In this document: one piece after another, positions 16,654-29,492 of the stretch
How the letters are laid out: every line of letters starts with the position of its first letter
Position numbering within the stretch: the stretch's first letter is position 1
Assembly: GCA_947632175.1 (NCBI GenBank)
Contig: CANROC010000014.1
Location: forward strand, 25,918-89,917
DNA from: an uncultured Oscillospiraceae bacterium
GTDB taxonomy: Bacteria > Bacillota > Clostridia > Oscillospirales > Oscillospiraceae
Reading direction: 5' to 3'
Length of the DNA: 64,000 nucleotides
Program-made: the position numbers and the translations under genes
Notes under the pieces: model-generated
The model's database searches: none
Told to the model about the DNA's origin: nothing
The model's input: only the letters and a program-made list of their open reading frames with translations

Positions 16654-17853
16654 ATGGTCAAGGCTGAGCTGTTGGCCCCCGCCGGGGATATGGAGAGCCT
16701 GACGGCGGCGGTGCGGTTTGGCGCGGACGCGGTGTATGTGGGCGGCGAGGCGCTGCAGCTGCGCGCGAAAGCCGCCGGCTTCGACCGGGCGGGGCTTCTG
16801 ATGGCCGCGCAGACGCTCCACGCCGCCGGGAAGCGCCTTTACGTGGCGGTCAATTCCCTGGCCCGCAACGGGGAGATCGACGCCCTTTCCGACTACGCCC
16901 GCTTTCTGCGGGACGCGGGGGCGGACGCGGTCATCGCCTCGGACCTGGGGGTCATCGACACCGTGAAAAGGGCCGCGCCGGCGCTGGAGATCCACCTCTC
17001 CACCCAGGCAAGCTGCATGAACTACGCCGCCGCCAGGGTCTACCGGGACATGGGCGTGCGGCGGATCGTGCTGGCGCGGGAGATGGAGCTTGCGGAGATC
17101 GCGCGCCTGCGTGCCGAGACGCCGGCGGACCTGGAGCTGGAGGCCTTCGTCCACGGGGCCATGTGCATGGCCGTCTCCGGGCGGTGCATCTTAAGCTCGT
17201 TTCTCACCGGCCGCAGCGGCAACCGGGGCGAGTGCGCCCAGCCCTGCCGGTGGAGCTATGCTCTCACCGAGGAGAAGCGTCCCGGCGAGTATTTCCCGGT
17301 CTTCGAGGAGGACGGCTATACCGCCATTCTCAGCTCCCACGACCTTTGCTGTATCGAACTGCTGGACGAGCTCCAAAAGGCCGGGGTCACGTCCTTCAAG
17401 ATCGAGGGCCGCATGAAGACCGCCTACTACGTGGCCAGCGTGGTCCGGGCCTACCGGGCGGCCATGGATGGGACGGCGAGCGTGGAAGCCTGCCGCGCCG
17501 AGCTGGAGCTTGTGAAGCACCGGCCCTATTCCGACGGGTTTTATCACGGCTTTTTGCGGGACAACCACGCCAATTCCGGCCGCTACGAGCACGGGGCGGT
17601 GTTCGTGGGGTCCGTGGTGCGCTGGGAAAACGGCCTTTTGACCGTCCGCCAGCGAAACCCCTTCCGGGTAGGCCAGACGCTGGAGCTCATGTCCCCCCAC
17701 GCGCCCATCCGGCGCTTCCCGGTGGAATCGCTCACCACCAAAACCGGCGAACGGCGGGACGACGCGCCCCACCCCAACGAGCTTTTGACGCTCCCCTGCC
17801 CTTACCCGGCGGCGGAGGGGGACTTTTTGCGGAGGAGGGAGACGGATGGTTGA
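16654..17853 (+). CDS. peptidase U32 family protein (YrrN/TrhP-like)
   Basis: MVKAELLAPAGD...GADAVYVGG... N-terminus, with the Cys-rich segment ...SGRCILSSFLTGRSGNRGECAQPCRW typical of U32. Confidence 0.88.
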   Translation: MVKAELLAPAGDMESLTAAVRFGADAVYVGGEALQLRAKAAGFDRAGLLMAAQTLHAAGKRLYVAVNSLARNGEIDALSDYARFLRDAGADAVIASDLGVIDTVKRAAPALEIHLSTQASCMNYAAARVYRDMGVRRIVLAREMELAEIARLRAETPADLELEAFVHGAMCMAVSGRCILSSFLTGRSGNRGECAQPCRWSYALTEEKRPGEYFPVFEEDGYTAILSSHDLCCIELLDELQKAGVTSFKIEGRMKTAYYVASVVRAYRAAMDGTASVEACRAELELVKHRPYSDGFYHGFLRDNHANSGRYEHGAVFVGSVVRWENGLLTVRQRNPFRVGQTLELMSPHAPIRRFPVESLTTKTGERRDDAPHPNELLTLPCPYPAAEGDFLRRRETDG

Positions 17854-19876
17854 GGTGCTGGCCCCCGCCGGGGGCGAGGAACAGCTCATCGCCGCCGTGC
17901 GGTGCGGCGCGGACGCGGTGTACCTGGGCGCCGGGGGCTTCAACGCCCGCCGGAACGCCGAAAATTTCGGCGGCGGCAGGCTCGCCGACGCCGTGCGCTA
18001 CGCCCACGTCCGGGGCGTAAAGGTCCACGTCACGGTGAACACCTTGGTGATGGATTCGGAGCTGGACGAGCTGGATAGCACCGTCCGGGAGATCGCCCGC
18101 GCCGGCGCGGACGCGGTGATCGTCCAGGACCTGGCGGTGAACGCCGCCTTCCGGGACACGGTCCCGGCCCTCCCCCGCCACGCCTCCACCCAGATGACGG
18201 TCCACAACCTGGACGGGGCCAAGCTGGCCGCCGACCTGGGCTTTTCCCGTGTGGTGCTGGCGCGGGAGCTGACGCTTCGGGAGATCGAGCGCATCACCGC
18301 CCGGTGCGGCATTGAGACGGAGGTCTTCATCCACGGGGCGCTGTGCATGTGCGCCTCCGGCCAGTGCGAGCTCAGCGCCATGCTGGGCGGCCGCAGCGGC
18401 AACCGGGGCCTGTGCGCCCAGCCCTGCCGGCTGGATTTTCACAACGGCGAACGGGCCTTCGCCCTGTCGCTGAAGGACATGTCGCACCTTAAATATGTAA
18501 AGGACTTGGCGGACGCCGGCGTGGCGTCCTTCAAGATCGAAGGGCGCATGAAACGCCCGGAGTACGTGGCGGCGGCGGTGACGGCGACGCGGGCGGCCCT
18601 GCGCGGCGAGCCCTACGACGAGGAATCCCTCCGGGCCGTCTTCTCCCGGAGCGGCTTCACCGACGGCTGCCTCACAGGCAAGCGGGACACGTCCATGTTC
18701 GGCGTCCGCGAAAAGGAGGACGTGGCCGCCTCCACCGCCGTGCTGAAAAAGCTCGCCGCGCTCTACCGGGCCGAGCGGCAGAGCGTCCCCGTGTCCATGG
18801 ACTTCGCCCTCTCCCCCGCCGGCTCGTCCCTCACCGTCTCCGACGGGACCCACACGGTGACGGTCGCCGGCCCCGCGCCGGAGGTCGCCGTCAACCGCCC
18901 CCTGGACGAGGACGCGGCCCGGCGGAGCCTGACGAAAACCGGCGGGACGCCCTACGCCGTGGAGCGCTTCGACGCCCGCCTCGCGCCCGGGCTGACCCTC
19001 CCCGTCTCCTCCCTCAACGCCCTGCGCCGGGAGGCGGCGGACCGCCTCACCGAAGCCCGCTCTCAAGTCACAAGCTGGAAAATTGTGGACAACCGTTCCC
19101 CCATCCCCGCCGGCCGTACCGACCACGCCGGGGTCCTGCGGGGCCGGTTCGAGCATCTCAGCCAGGTCTGCTGTGTGGACGCCCTGGAAAAGGTCATCCT
19201 CCCCCTGGCGGAGGTGGAAAACCACCCCCAGGTTGTGGAAAATCTTGGGGATAAGTTGGTCGTGGAACTTCCTTCGCTCTTTTTCGACAGAGAATCCGGG
19301 GGGATTTCCGGGAGACTTGCCAAAATTTCCGCCCTGGGCGTGAAAAATGTCCTGTGCGAAACGCTCTACGCCGTGAAGGCGGCGGGCAAGCTCGGCTTCA
19401 CTCTCCACGGCGGCGCGGGGCTGAACGTCCTAAACTCCGTGGCGCTGGAGGAGCTTCAAAGGCTGGGCCTTGCCGACGCCACCGTGTCCTTCGAGCTTTC
19501 CATGTCCAAAATCGCCGCCCTGGGCGGCTCTCTCCCCCGGGGCATTCTGGCCTACGGGTACCTCCCCCTGATGCGCTTCCGGGCCTGCCCCCTCAAAAAG
19601 CGCGCCGGTTGCGGCGACTGCCCCGGCTCCGGCACGCTCACCGACCGCAAGGGGACCGAATTTCCTGTCCTGTGCGCCGGGCGGGAGTACGGCACGCTCC
19701 TCAACAGCGTCCCCCTGCACATCGCCGACCGTCCTATTTTAGGCGTGGACTTCAAGACCCTCTGGTTCACCGTGGAGACGCCCCCGCAGGTCCGCGCCGT
19801 GGTGGAGCAGTACCAAAAGTCCCTCCCCTCCCCCGCCCCCCGCACCGGCGGCCTCTACTACCGCCGCCTCCTCTAA
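17846..19876 (+). CDS. peptidase U32 family protein, long form with C-terminal extension (YrrO/TrhP-like)
   Basis: MVEVLAPAGG...GADAVYLG..., ...SGQCELSAMLGGRSGNRGLCAQPCR. It overlaps the stop of the upstream gene. Confidence 0.88.
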   Translation: MVEVLAPAGGEEQLIAAVRCGADAVYLGAGGFNARRNAENFGGGRLADAVRYAHVRGVKVHVTVNTLVMDSELDELDSTVREIARAGADAVIVQDLAVNAAFRDTVPALPRHASTQMTVHNLDGAKLAADLGFSRVVLARELTLREIERITARCGIETEVFIHGALCMCASGQCELSAMLGGRSGNRGLCAQPCRLDFHNGERAFALSLKDMSHLKYVKDLADAGVASFKIEGRMKRPEYVAAAVTATRAALRGEPYDEESLRAVFSRSGFTDGCLTGKRDTSMFGVREKEDVAASTAVLKKLAALYRAERQSVPVSMDFALSPAGSSLTVSDGTHTVTVAGPAPEVAVNRPLDEDAARRSLTKTGGTPYAVERFDARLAPGLTLPVSSLNALRREAADRLTEARSQVTSWKIVDNRSPIPAGRTDHAGVLRGRFEHLSQVCCVDALEKVILPLAEVENHPQVVENLGDKLVVELPSLFFDRESGGISGRLAKISALGVKNVLCETLYAVKAAGKLGFTLHGGAGLNVLNSVALEELQRLGLADATVSFELSMSKIAALGGSLPRGILAYGYLPLMRFRACPLKKRAGCGDCPGSGTLTDRKGTEFPVLCAGREYGTLLNSVPLHIADRPILGVDFKTLWFTVETPPQVRAVVEQYQKSLPSPAPRTGGLYYRRLL

Positions 19877-19908
19877 CCGCCGGGGCGGTGAAAAAGCGCA
19901 AAAAACAC

Positions 19909-19937
19909 TTGCCATTTCCGCGCCTCTGCGGTAAAAT
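19909..19937 (+). promoter_or_regulatory. candidate promoter of the LRR/SLH gene
   Basis: TTGCCA, 17 nt spacer, TAAAAT. This implies a leader of about 280 nt. Confidence 0.45.
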
Positions 19938-20219
19938 AGGAACAGGATAACAAAAAAAGCGGCAGGCCGGGGGAGTTGGCGCTCCCCCAGCCCTGCGCGG
20001 GTGCCGAAACCACCCACACAACAGAATTATCTGCACCGCCCCTATTGTACCTTGCTTTTGTCGTTTTTGCAAGCACAATCGGGTTTGTGTGGCTTATTCG
20101 CGCGTGTGTCGGGTCCTTCCTTGCCCGCCTCGCGCGATTTTTTGTTATCCCCGAAGGCCGGCCGGGAGGCTCCCGCCTCCCCGGCCCGAGGGGAAATAAC
20201 GATTTAAAGGAGGACCCCC

Positions 20220-22304
20220 ATGAAAAAGCTTCTCGGTACCCTTTTCACCCTCATCCTCGTCCTGGCCCTCGCCCCAACCGCCCTGGCGGCAAAGGACGCC
20301 GACGACGTGGCCTACCCCGCGGAGGGCGGCAATATCTACATCGACGAGTCCACCAAAACCGTCACCGACGCGGACACCAGAGTCACCTCAGTCACCATTC
20401 CCAACGGTATCACCAGTATTGGAGAGTATGCGTTCGCCTATTGCAGAAGTCTGACCAGTGTGACCATCCCCGACAGTGTCACAAGTATTGGAGATTGTGC
20501 GTTCGACAATTGCAAAAGCCTGACCGAAGTGACCATTCCGGGAAGTGTCACGAGTATTGGCGACTGTGCGTTCTCCTCCTGCTCCAGCCTGACCGGTATG
20601 ACCATTCCGGACAGTGTTATGCGCATTGGAGCAAGTGCATTCAATGGTTGCACCAGCTTGACCGGTGTGACTATCTCCAACAGCATAAAGAGCATTGAGA
20701 AAGATATGTTTTGGGCTTGCCACAGCCTGACCAATGTAACCATCCCCAAGGGCGTCACCAGTGTTGGAGATTCCGCGTTTGAGTTTTGCCATAATCTTAC
20801 AAGCGTAACCATTCCAGACGGCGTCACAAGCATTGGCGAATACGCATTTTCTTCTTGTTCCAGCCTTAAAAACGTGACCATCCCCGACAGCGTCACAAGT
20901 ATTGGCGCGGAGGCTTTCCGCGAATGCGCCAGCTTGACTGGCGTGACCATCCCAGGCGGCGTTACGAATATTGAACCCAGTACGTTTCAAGGCTGCACCG
21001 CCCTTACCGGTGTAACCATCTCCAACGGCATCGCCAGTATCGGAGGCGGTGCGTTTGCGAAATGCTCCAGCCTTAAAAGCGTGACCCTCCCCAACAGTGT
21101 CACGAGTATTGGGGCTACGGCGTTCTGGGATTGTACCGCTCTGACCGGCATGACCATCCCCGACAGCGTCACGAGTATTGAGGCATCGGCCTTCTATGGT
21201 TGTACCAGCCTGACGGGCGTGACAGTCTCCAGCGGTAATCCATCATATGTCGCTAAAGATGGCGTGCTTTTTACCGCTGACGGGCAAACCCTGCACACGT
21301 ACCCGGCGGGAAAAGCCGGAAAAACTTATACGATTCCCAATGGCGTCACGTACATCGAAGAGGGTGCGTTCGGAGGTTGTCCCAACCTGGCCGGCGTGAC
21401 CATTCCCGACAGCGTCACGTACATCAAAGACGGTGCGTTTGAGAATTGCACCGGTCTGACCGGCGTGACCATTCCCAACGGCGTCAGACGCATCGGCAGC
21501 TACGCGTTCTCTAATTGCTCCAGCCTGGTCGGTGTGACCATCTCCAACAGCGTCACAAGAATCGACAATCTGGTTTTCGCGGGCTGCTCCAGCCTGACCA
21601 GTATATTCATTCCCGAAAGTGTCACTTACATAGGCCATGGCGGGGATTACGGGGCCTTTCTGAGATGTGAAGCCCTGACCGACATCTATTTTGGCGGCAC
21701 GGAGGCACAGTGGACCGCAAACCACGGTAACGAGTCCTGTTACTACATCACCATCCACTTCAACGCCACCGCCCCCGCCGGCTTTACCGACCTTGCGGAT
21801 TGGAACGAGGCCCCCGTCAACTGGGCCGTGGGCAACAAATTCGCCAACCCCAAAAACGCCTCCGTCTTCGGCGCCGAGGACCCCTGCCCCCGCTGGGAGG
21901 TGGTGGACATCCTCTGGAAGGCCAAGGGCTGTCCCAAACCCACCGTCACCTCGGTCCCTTTCCCCGACGTCTCCCCCAGCGCCCCCTACTACGAGGCCGT
22001 CTGCTGGGCCTATGAGAACAAGATCGTCAACGGCAAGGAAAACGGCTTCTGCCCCAACGACACCGTCAAGCGCTGTGAGGCCATGACCATCATCCACCGC
22101 GCCGCCGGGGAGCCCACGGCGCCGCTGGGCACCTCTTTTCCGGACGTGCCCGGCAACGCCTACTACATCAGCGCCATCTCCTGGGCCGTCAGCCGGTCCA
22201 CTCCCATCGCCAACGGCAAAGAAAACGGCTTCTGCCCCGAAGACCCCGTCAAGCGCTCCGAAATGGTCACCTTCCTCTACCGGTGGCTGGTGGAGAACAA
22301 ATAA
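20220..22304 (+). CDS. BspA-type leucine-rich-repeat surface protein with C-terminal SLH-like anchor repeats
   Basis: Signal peptide, then about 18 repeats of roughly 23 aa (..L..VTIPDSVTSIG..AF..C.SL..). The C-terminus has three SLH-like units (F.D....AYY..A..WA...I..GKENGFCP.D.V.R.E). Confidence 0.85.
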   Translation: MKKLLGTLFTLILVLALAPTALAAKDADDVAYPAEGGNIYIDESTKTVTDADTRVTSVTIPNGITSIGEYAFAYCRSLTSVTIPDSVTSIGDCAFDNCKSLTEVTIPGSVTSIGDCAFSSCSSLTGMTIPDSVMRIGASAFNGCTSLTGVTISNSIKSIEKDMFWACHSLTNVTIPKGVTSVGDSAFEFCHNLTSVTIPDGVTSIGEYAFSSCSSLKNVTIPDSVTSIGAEAFRECASLTGVTIPGGVTNIEPSTFQGCTALTGVTISNGIASIGGGAFAKCSSLKSVTLPNSVTSIGATAFWDCTALTGMTIPDSVTSIEASAFYGCTSLTGVTVSSGNPSYVAKDGVLFTADGQTLHTYPAGKAGKTYTIPNGVTYIEEGAFGGCPNLAGVTIPDSVTYIKDGAFENCTGLTGVTIPNGVRRIGSYAFSNCSSLVGVTISNSVTRIDNLVFAGCSSLTSIFIPESVTYIGHGGDYGAFLRCEALTDIYFGGTEAQWTANHGNESCYYITIHFNATAPAGFTDLADWNEAPVNWAVGNKFANPKNASVFGAEDPCPRWEVVDILWKAKGCPKPTVTSVPFPDVSPSAPYYEAVCWAYENKIVNGKENGFCPNDTVKRCEAMTIIHRAAGEPTAPLGTSFPDVPGNAYYISAISWAVSRSTPIANGKENGFCPEDPVKRSEMVTFLYRWLVENK

Positions 22305-22309
22305 ACGCC

Positions 22310-22640
22310 AACCCTCACGCGGCGGCGAGAATAAGGTTGCGGCTTCGCCGCGTTTAGATTGGATTGCGCCTCCGGCGCAATAAAATCGAGAGCGCGGCGA
22401 AGCCGCTCCTTTTTGACCCCCTGTTCGGAAAAGGGGGGCAGGGGGGATTCGAGCCCCCGTAAGCCTCCCCCTTGGGGGAGGTGGCGCGAAGCGCCGGAAG
22501 GGTCGCCGCAGCGGATAATCCAAGAATGCGCCGCAGGCGCAAACCTCTTAAAGCCCCCTCCTCGTAGGAGGGGGGCAGGGGGGCAGCGAGCGTCGGATGC
22601 CGCCCCCGCTCCCCTGAAGACGCCGCCTCCACAAACTTCC
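22310..22640. repeat. cluster of GC-rich palindromic intergenic units
   Basis: Shares units with the other clusters, including ccccctcctcgtaggaggggggcaggggggcagcga. Confidence 0.6.
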
Positions 22641-22669
22641 TTGACAAACCCCCGGGAATGTGCTAGACT
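22641..22669 (+). promoter_or_regulatory. promoter of the ATP synthase operon
   Basis: TTGACA, 17 nt spacer, tgcTAGACT. Confidence 0.6.
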
Positions 22670-22692
22670 TGGTATTTGAATTGTGGTGTTGT

Positions 22693-22962
22693 ATGCGCAT
22701 GAGAAAAGGCTTTGGATTTTTGAAAAATATCGTCTGGCTCACGCAGCTGGGCCTCGGGATCGCGGCGCCTGTCGTGCTGTGCGTGCTGGGGTCCGTGTGG
22801 CTCCGGGACCGGTTCGGCCTGGGCGGCTGGGTGGTGGCCGTGGGAGTGCTTCTCGGCGTGGGGGGCGCTTTCGCCAGCCTCTGGCAGAATTTGCGGGAGA
22901 TGGACCGCCAGGCCCGGGCGGACGACCGGGACGCCGGGACGGGCTTTAACGAACACAAATGA
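22693..22962 (+). CDS. AtpZ/AtpI-family small membrane protein
   Basis: Two TM helices. First gene of the atp operon. The track start at 22660 lies inside the promoter, so the ATG at 22693 (or 22699) is used. Confidence 0.65.
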   Translation: MRMRKGFGFLKNIVWLTQLGLGIAAPVVLCVLGSVWLRDRFGLGGWVVAVGVLLGVGGAFASLWQNLREMDRQARADDRDAGTGFNEHK

Positions 22963-22977
22963 CCGGGAGGCGGTTTC

Positions 22978-23379
22978 ATGTTCCATAACGACGCCGCCAT
23001 ACGGCAGTTTTTCAAGGTGGCCCTGGGCGTGGCGGTGCTGACGGCCATTGAGCTGGGCGTCTACGCGCTTCTCGGGCGCTTCAGTATCAGCGTGCTCCTG
23101 GGGGCGGTCTTTGGGATGGTCGTTTCCTGCGCCAACTTCCTGGCGCTGACCGTGACGGTCTCCCGCGCCGCCGACCGGGCGGAGGGCGGGGACCCCGCCA
23201 AGGCCAAGGCGGCGGTACAGGGCTCCTCGGTGGTGCGGCTGGTGGCGCTTCTCGCGATCTACATCCTGGTCCTCAAGACCACGCATCTCGACCCGCTGGC
23301 GTCGGTCCTGCCGCTGGTCTTCGTCCAGCTGAGCCTCTATGGCATCGAGTTTTTCCGCAGGGACGGTGAGAAAAAGTGA
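22978..23379 (+). CDS. atpI: ATP synthase subunit I
   Basis: 133 aa, 4 TM, positioned immediately before atpB. Confidence 0.75.
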   Translation: MFHNDAAIRQFFKVALGVAVLTAIELGVYALLGRFSISVLLGAVFGMVVSCANFLALTVTVSRAADRAEGGDPAKAKAAVQGSSVVRLVALLAIYILVLKTTHLDPLASVLPLVFVQLSLYGIEFFRRDGEKK

Positions 23380-24236
23380 ACGGTCCGAAAATTTACTTGC
23401 AAATCGGCGGCCAGAACGTCATCACTCAGACGGCGGTGTCCTCCTTCGTGGTGATGCTGCTTTTGTGCGTGGCGGGATACTTCCTGGGGCGGAACCTGAA
23501 AAAGCGTCCGGGGCGTATGCAGGTCCTCACCGAAAAGGGCGTCACCATGCTCTACAACCTGGTGGAGGACACCATGGGCAAGCACAACTCCTACTGGACG
23601 CCCTACATCGGCGCGCTGTTCCTCTCCTCCCTGGGCGGGTCCCTCATCGGCATGACGGGCATCCTCCGCTCCACCACCTCGGACATCTCCACCACCCTCA
23701 CCTGGGCGCTGATGACCAGCTTCCTGGTCTGGGGCTGTACCATCAAGAACAGCGGCCTCAAGTCTTTCCTCAAGGGCTACATAAACCCCATGAACATCAT
23801 CTCCGACATCGCCCAGCCCGTCTCCATGGCTTTCCGTCACTTCGGCAACATCATGGGCGGCAGCGTCCTCATGAGCCTCCTCTACCAGGCCCTGGCCGCC
23901 GGGAGCGCCCTGGTACTGGGCCTCATCCGCTCCAACGGCCTTTCGGTGATCGTCGCCGTGGCGGCCCTGGGGGTCATCGCGTTCCTCTCGGGGCTTAAGA
24001 AGAATAAACTCCTTTTGAAGATCCTGGGCATCGCGCTCTTCGTCCTGGCCGCGGCGGCGGCGCTGGAGTATTTCGGCGTTTTCAAGAGCATCCCCATCCT
24101 GGAGGTGGGCCTTCCCGGCGTCCTGAGCCTCTATTTCGACGTCTTCTCCGGCGGCGTCCAGGCGTTGGTGTTCTCGCTTTTGACCATGGTCTACGTCGGC
24201 ATGGCGTGTCCCCCCAAAGAGGAGAAGCAAAAATAA
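23376..24236 (+). CDS. atpB: F0F1 ATP synthase subunit a
   Basis: Multi-TM with ...MAFRHFGNIMGG... (conserved Arg region). GTG start. Confidence 0.92.
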   Translation: MNGPKIYLQIGGQNVITQTAVSSFVVMLLLCVAGYFLGRNLKKRPGRMQVLTEKGVTMLYNLVEDTMGKHNSYWTPYIGALFLSSLGGSLIGMTGILRSTTSDISTTLTWALMTSFLVWGCTIKNSGLKSFLKGYINPMNIISDIAQPVSMAFRHFGNIMGGSVLMSLLYQALAAGSALVLGLIRSNGLSVIVAVAALGVIAFLSGLKKNKLLLKILGIALFVLAAAAALEYFGVFKSIPILEVGLPGVLSLYFDVFSGGVQALVFSLLTMVYVGMACPPKEEKQK

Positions 24237-24302
24237 GAAGTTAGCCGTTTTACGCGGTTAAGTATAAAAAAGAGTCAATATTACTTTCAGGAGGTAACTT
24301 TT

Positions 24303-24548
24303 ATGGGTATCGCTGAAGCCATCAGAGAGGCCGCTGTCGCCATCGGCGCGGGTCTGTGCATGGGGATCGGGGCCATCGGCCCGGCTTTCGGTGAAGGAAA
24401 CGCCGTGGGCAAGGCGCTGGAGGGCATGGCCCGTCAGCCCGAGTCCGCCGGCACGCTCCGGACCAACATGATCCTGGGCTGCGCCATCACGGAGTCCACG
24501 GGTATCTACTCGCTGGTCGTGGCGCTGCTGCTGCTGTTCCTCTATTGA
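24303..24548 (+). CDS. atpE: F0F1 ATP synthase subunit c
   Basis: 81-aa hairpin proteolipid with [16 protein letters not shown] and AITESTGIY (carboxylate Glu). Confidence 0.95.
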   Translation: MGIAEAIREAAVAIGAGLCMGIGAIGPAFGEGNAVGKALEGMARQPESAGTLRTNMILGCAITESTGIYSLVVALLLLFLY

Positions 24549-24608
24549 GTACCCCGCCGCCCACAGGGCGGCTTACGGGAGTGATTTCAGACGAAAGGAG
24601 CGGTCAAC

Positions 24609-25118
24609 ATGACCGGGTTTGAACAGATCATCGGTATCAACCCCTGGACCGCGCTCTTTACCTTCTGCAACATGATCATCACCTTCCTCCTGCTGAAGAA
24701 GTTCCTCTTCAAGCCGGTGAAGAAGATGATCGACGCCCGCCAGAAGGAGATCGACGACATGTACGCCCAGGCCGAGAGCTCCAAGGCCGAGGCGGCGAAG
24801 CTCCGGGCCGACTATGAGGAGCATCTCTCCTCCGCCCGCGCCGAGCGGGACGAGATCCTGGCGGACGCCGTGTCCCGCGCCCAGAAGCGGGAGGCGGAGA
24901 TCATCGCCGAGGCCAAGTCCGACGCCGCCGCCATCCGCGTGAAGGCGGAGGCCGACATCGCCCAGGAGAAGAAGCGGGCCCTCAACGAGGTCAAAAACGA
25001 GATCTCGTCCATCTCCATCTCCATCGCCGAGCAGGTGGTGGAGCGGGAGATCACCGCCGCCGACCACGAGCGGCTGGTGAGCGAGTTCATCGGGAGGCTT
25101 GGTGAGGACTATGACTGA
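24609..25118 (+). CDS. atpF: F0F1 ATP synthase subunit b
   Basis: N-terminal TM followed by a long charged coiled coil. Confidence 0.9.
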   Translation: MTGFEQIIGINPWTALFTFCNMIITFLLLKKFLFKPVKKMIDARQKEIDDMYAQAESSKAEAAKLRADYEEHLSSARAERDEILADAVSRAQKREAEIIAEAKSDAAAIRVKAEADIAQEKKRALNEVKNEISSISISIAEQVVEREITAADHERLVSEFIGRLGEDYD

Positions 25119-25650
25119 CCGGGCCAGGGTCTACGGGCTGGCGCTCTACGAGCTTGCCCGGGAGGAGGGCCTTGGCGAGGCGCTTTTGCCTGAGCTTGAG
25201 GGCTGTGACAGGCTCTTCGTCGAGAACCCCGACTACGTGCGCCTCCTCTCCACCCCCTCCCTTTCCAAGGAGGAGCGGCGGGAGACGGTGGGCAAGGCCC
25301 TGGACGGGCGCGTTCACACGTATATCGTGAGCTTTCTGAAGCTCCTCATCGACCGGGACGCGGTGCGGGAGTTCCCCGGCTGTGTCCGGGCGTACCGGGA
25401 GCGGTACTACGAGGACAACGGCATCCTGGAGGTCACCGCCACCACCGCCGCGGCGCTGTCGGAGGCGGTGCGGGGCAGACTTTTGGAGCGCCTGGGCACG
25501 GTCTTCGGGAAGAAGATCCTCCTTGTCACCCGCGTGGACCCCTCGGTCCTCGGGGGGATGCGCCTGGAGTGCGCCGGGAAGAGATACGACGGGACCGTGC
25601 GGGACCGGCTCGACCGCATCGAGAAGGGCCTGCGGGACACGGTCCTCTAA
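25111..25650 (+). CDS. atpH: F0F1 ATP synthase subunit delta
   Basis: OSCP-like, in the conserved operon position. Start placed at ATG 25111; the track start at 25099 is a TTG. Confidence 0.88.
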   Translation: MTDRARVYGLALYELAREEGLGEALLPELEGCDRLFVENPDYVRLLSTPSLSKEERRETVGKALDGRVHTYIVSFLKLLIDRDAVREFPGCVRAYRERYYEDNGILEVTATTAAALSEAVRGRLLERLGTVFGKKILLVTRVDPSVLGGMRLECAGKRYDGTVRDRLDRIEKGLRDTVL

Positions 25651-25674
25651 GAAGTTATGTAGGAGAGGCATACC

Positions 25675-27183
25675 ATGGATCTGAAACCAGAGGAGATCAC
25701 CAAAATCATAAAGGCGCAGATCAAGAACTACTCCAAACAGATCGAGGAGAGCGAGACGGGCACCGTCATTCTCGTCGGCGACGGCATCGCCCGGGCCTCG
25801 GGACTGGAGAAGTGCCTGATGAACGAGCTCATCGAGTTCCCCAACGGCGAGTACGGCATGGCGCAGAATCTGGAGGAGAATTCCGTCTCCATCGTCATCC
25901 TGGGCCGGGATTCCGGCATCCGGGAGGGCGACCAGGTCCGGCGCACGGGCCGCGTCGTCTCCGTCCCCGTGGGCGAGGCGCTCATCGGCCGGGTGGTGGA
26001 CGCGCTGGGCGCGCCCATCGACGGCAAGGGGGAGATCGACGCCGTCCGCTATGACCCCATCGAGGCCCCCGCCCCCGGCATCATCGAGCGCAAGAGCGTC
26101 TCCGTGCCGCTGCAAACGGGCATCAAGGCCATCGACTCCATGATCCCCATCGGCCGCGGCCAGCGGGAGCTCATCATCGGGGACCGCCAGACGGGCAAAT
26201 CCACCATCGCCATCGACACCATCATCAACCAGAAGGGCAAGGACTGCATCTGCGTCTACGTGGCCATCGGCCAGAAGCGCTCCACAGTCGCCCAGGTGGT
26301 GAGCACTTTGGAGGCCGCCGGGGCCATGGACTACACCATCGTGGTGTCCGCCACCGCCTCGGAGCTGGCCCCTATGCAGTACATCGCGCCCTATTCCGGC
26401 TGTACCATGGGCGAATATTTCATGAAGCAGGGCAAGGACGTACTGGTGGTCTACGACGACCTTTCGAAGCACGCCGTGGCCTATCGCGCCATCTCCCTGC
26501 TCATCCGCCGGCCCCCCGGACGGGAGGCGTACCCCGGCGACGTCTTCTACCTCCACTCCCGGCTTCTGGAGCGCGCCGCGCGCATGGCCCCGGAGTACGG
26601 CGGCGGGTCTTTGACCGCCCTGCCGGTCATCGAGACGCAGGCCGGAGACGTGTCCGCCTATATTCCAACAAATGTCATATCTATTACGGACGGCCAGATC
26701 TTCCTGGAGACGGAGCTTTTCCACTCCGGCATCATGCCCGCCGTGAACCCCGGCATCTCGGTCAGCCGCGTGGGCGGCTCGGCCCAGATCAAGGCCATGA
26801 AGAAGGTGGCGGGCTCCTTAAAGCTCATCTACTCCCAGTACCGGGAGCTCCAGTCCTTCGCCCAGTTCGGCTCGGACCTGGACCAGGACACCAAGGACCG
26901 CCTGGCCCAGGGCGAGCGGATCGTGGAGGTCTTAAAGCAGAAAAACGGCGCCCCCGTGGAGGTGGCCCACCAGGTGTGCATCTTCTACGCCGCCACAAAC
27001 GGGTATCTGAAGGCCATCGAGACATCGAAAATTTCGGAATTTGAGCAGGGCCTCTACAACTACATGGACGAGCACGGCTACGACGTGCTGAAGGCCATCC
27101 GCGACACCGGCAAGCTGGAGCCGGAGACGGAGGAGGAGCTCAAGTCCTGCATCACCAGGTATATCGAGATCTTCACAAAGTAG
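25675..27183 (+). CDS. atpA: F0F1 ATP synthase subunit alpha
   Basis: Walker [10 protein letters not shown]. 502 aa. Confidence 0.97.
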   Translation: MDLKPEEITKIIKAQIKNYSKQIEESETGTVILVGDGIARASGLEKCLMNELIEFPNGEYGMAQNLEENSVSIVILGRDSGIREGDQVRRTGRVVSVPVGEALIGRVVDALGAPIDGKGEIDAVRYDPIEAPAPGIIERKSVSVPLQTGIKAIDSMIPIGRGQRELIIGDRQTGKSTIAIDTIINQKGKDCICVYVAIGQKRSTVAQVVSTLEAAGAMDYTIVVSATASELAPMQYIAPYSGCTMGEYFMKQGKDVLVVYDDLSKHAVAYRAISLLIRRPPGREAYPGDVFYLHSRLLERAARMAPEYGGGSLTALPVIETQAGDVSAYIPTNVISITDGQIFLETELFHSGIMPAVNPGISVSRVGGSAQIKAMKKVAGSLKLIYSQYRELQSFAQFGSDLDQDTKDRLAQGERIVEVLKQKNGAPVEVAHQVCIFYAATNGYLKAIETSKISEFEQGLYNYMDEHGYDVLKAIRDTGKLEPETEEELKSCITRYIEIFTK

Positions 27184-27201
27184 TAAGGGAGGTGTGCGCC
27201 T

Positions 27202-29488
<2,287 letters not shown>

Positions 29489-29492
29489 GCCC

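Noticed and set aside
22660-22692. Track start of the first atp-operon ORF at 22660.
   Set aside because: It lies inside the predicted -10/TSS region of the operon promoter, so an internal ATG (22693) was used instead.
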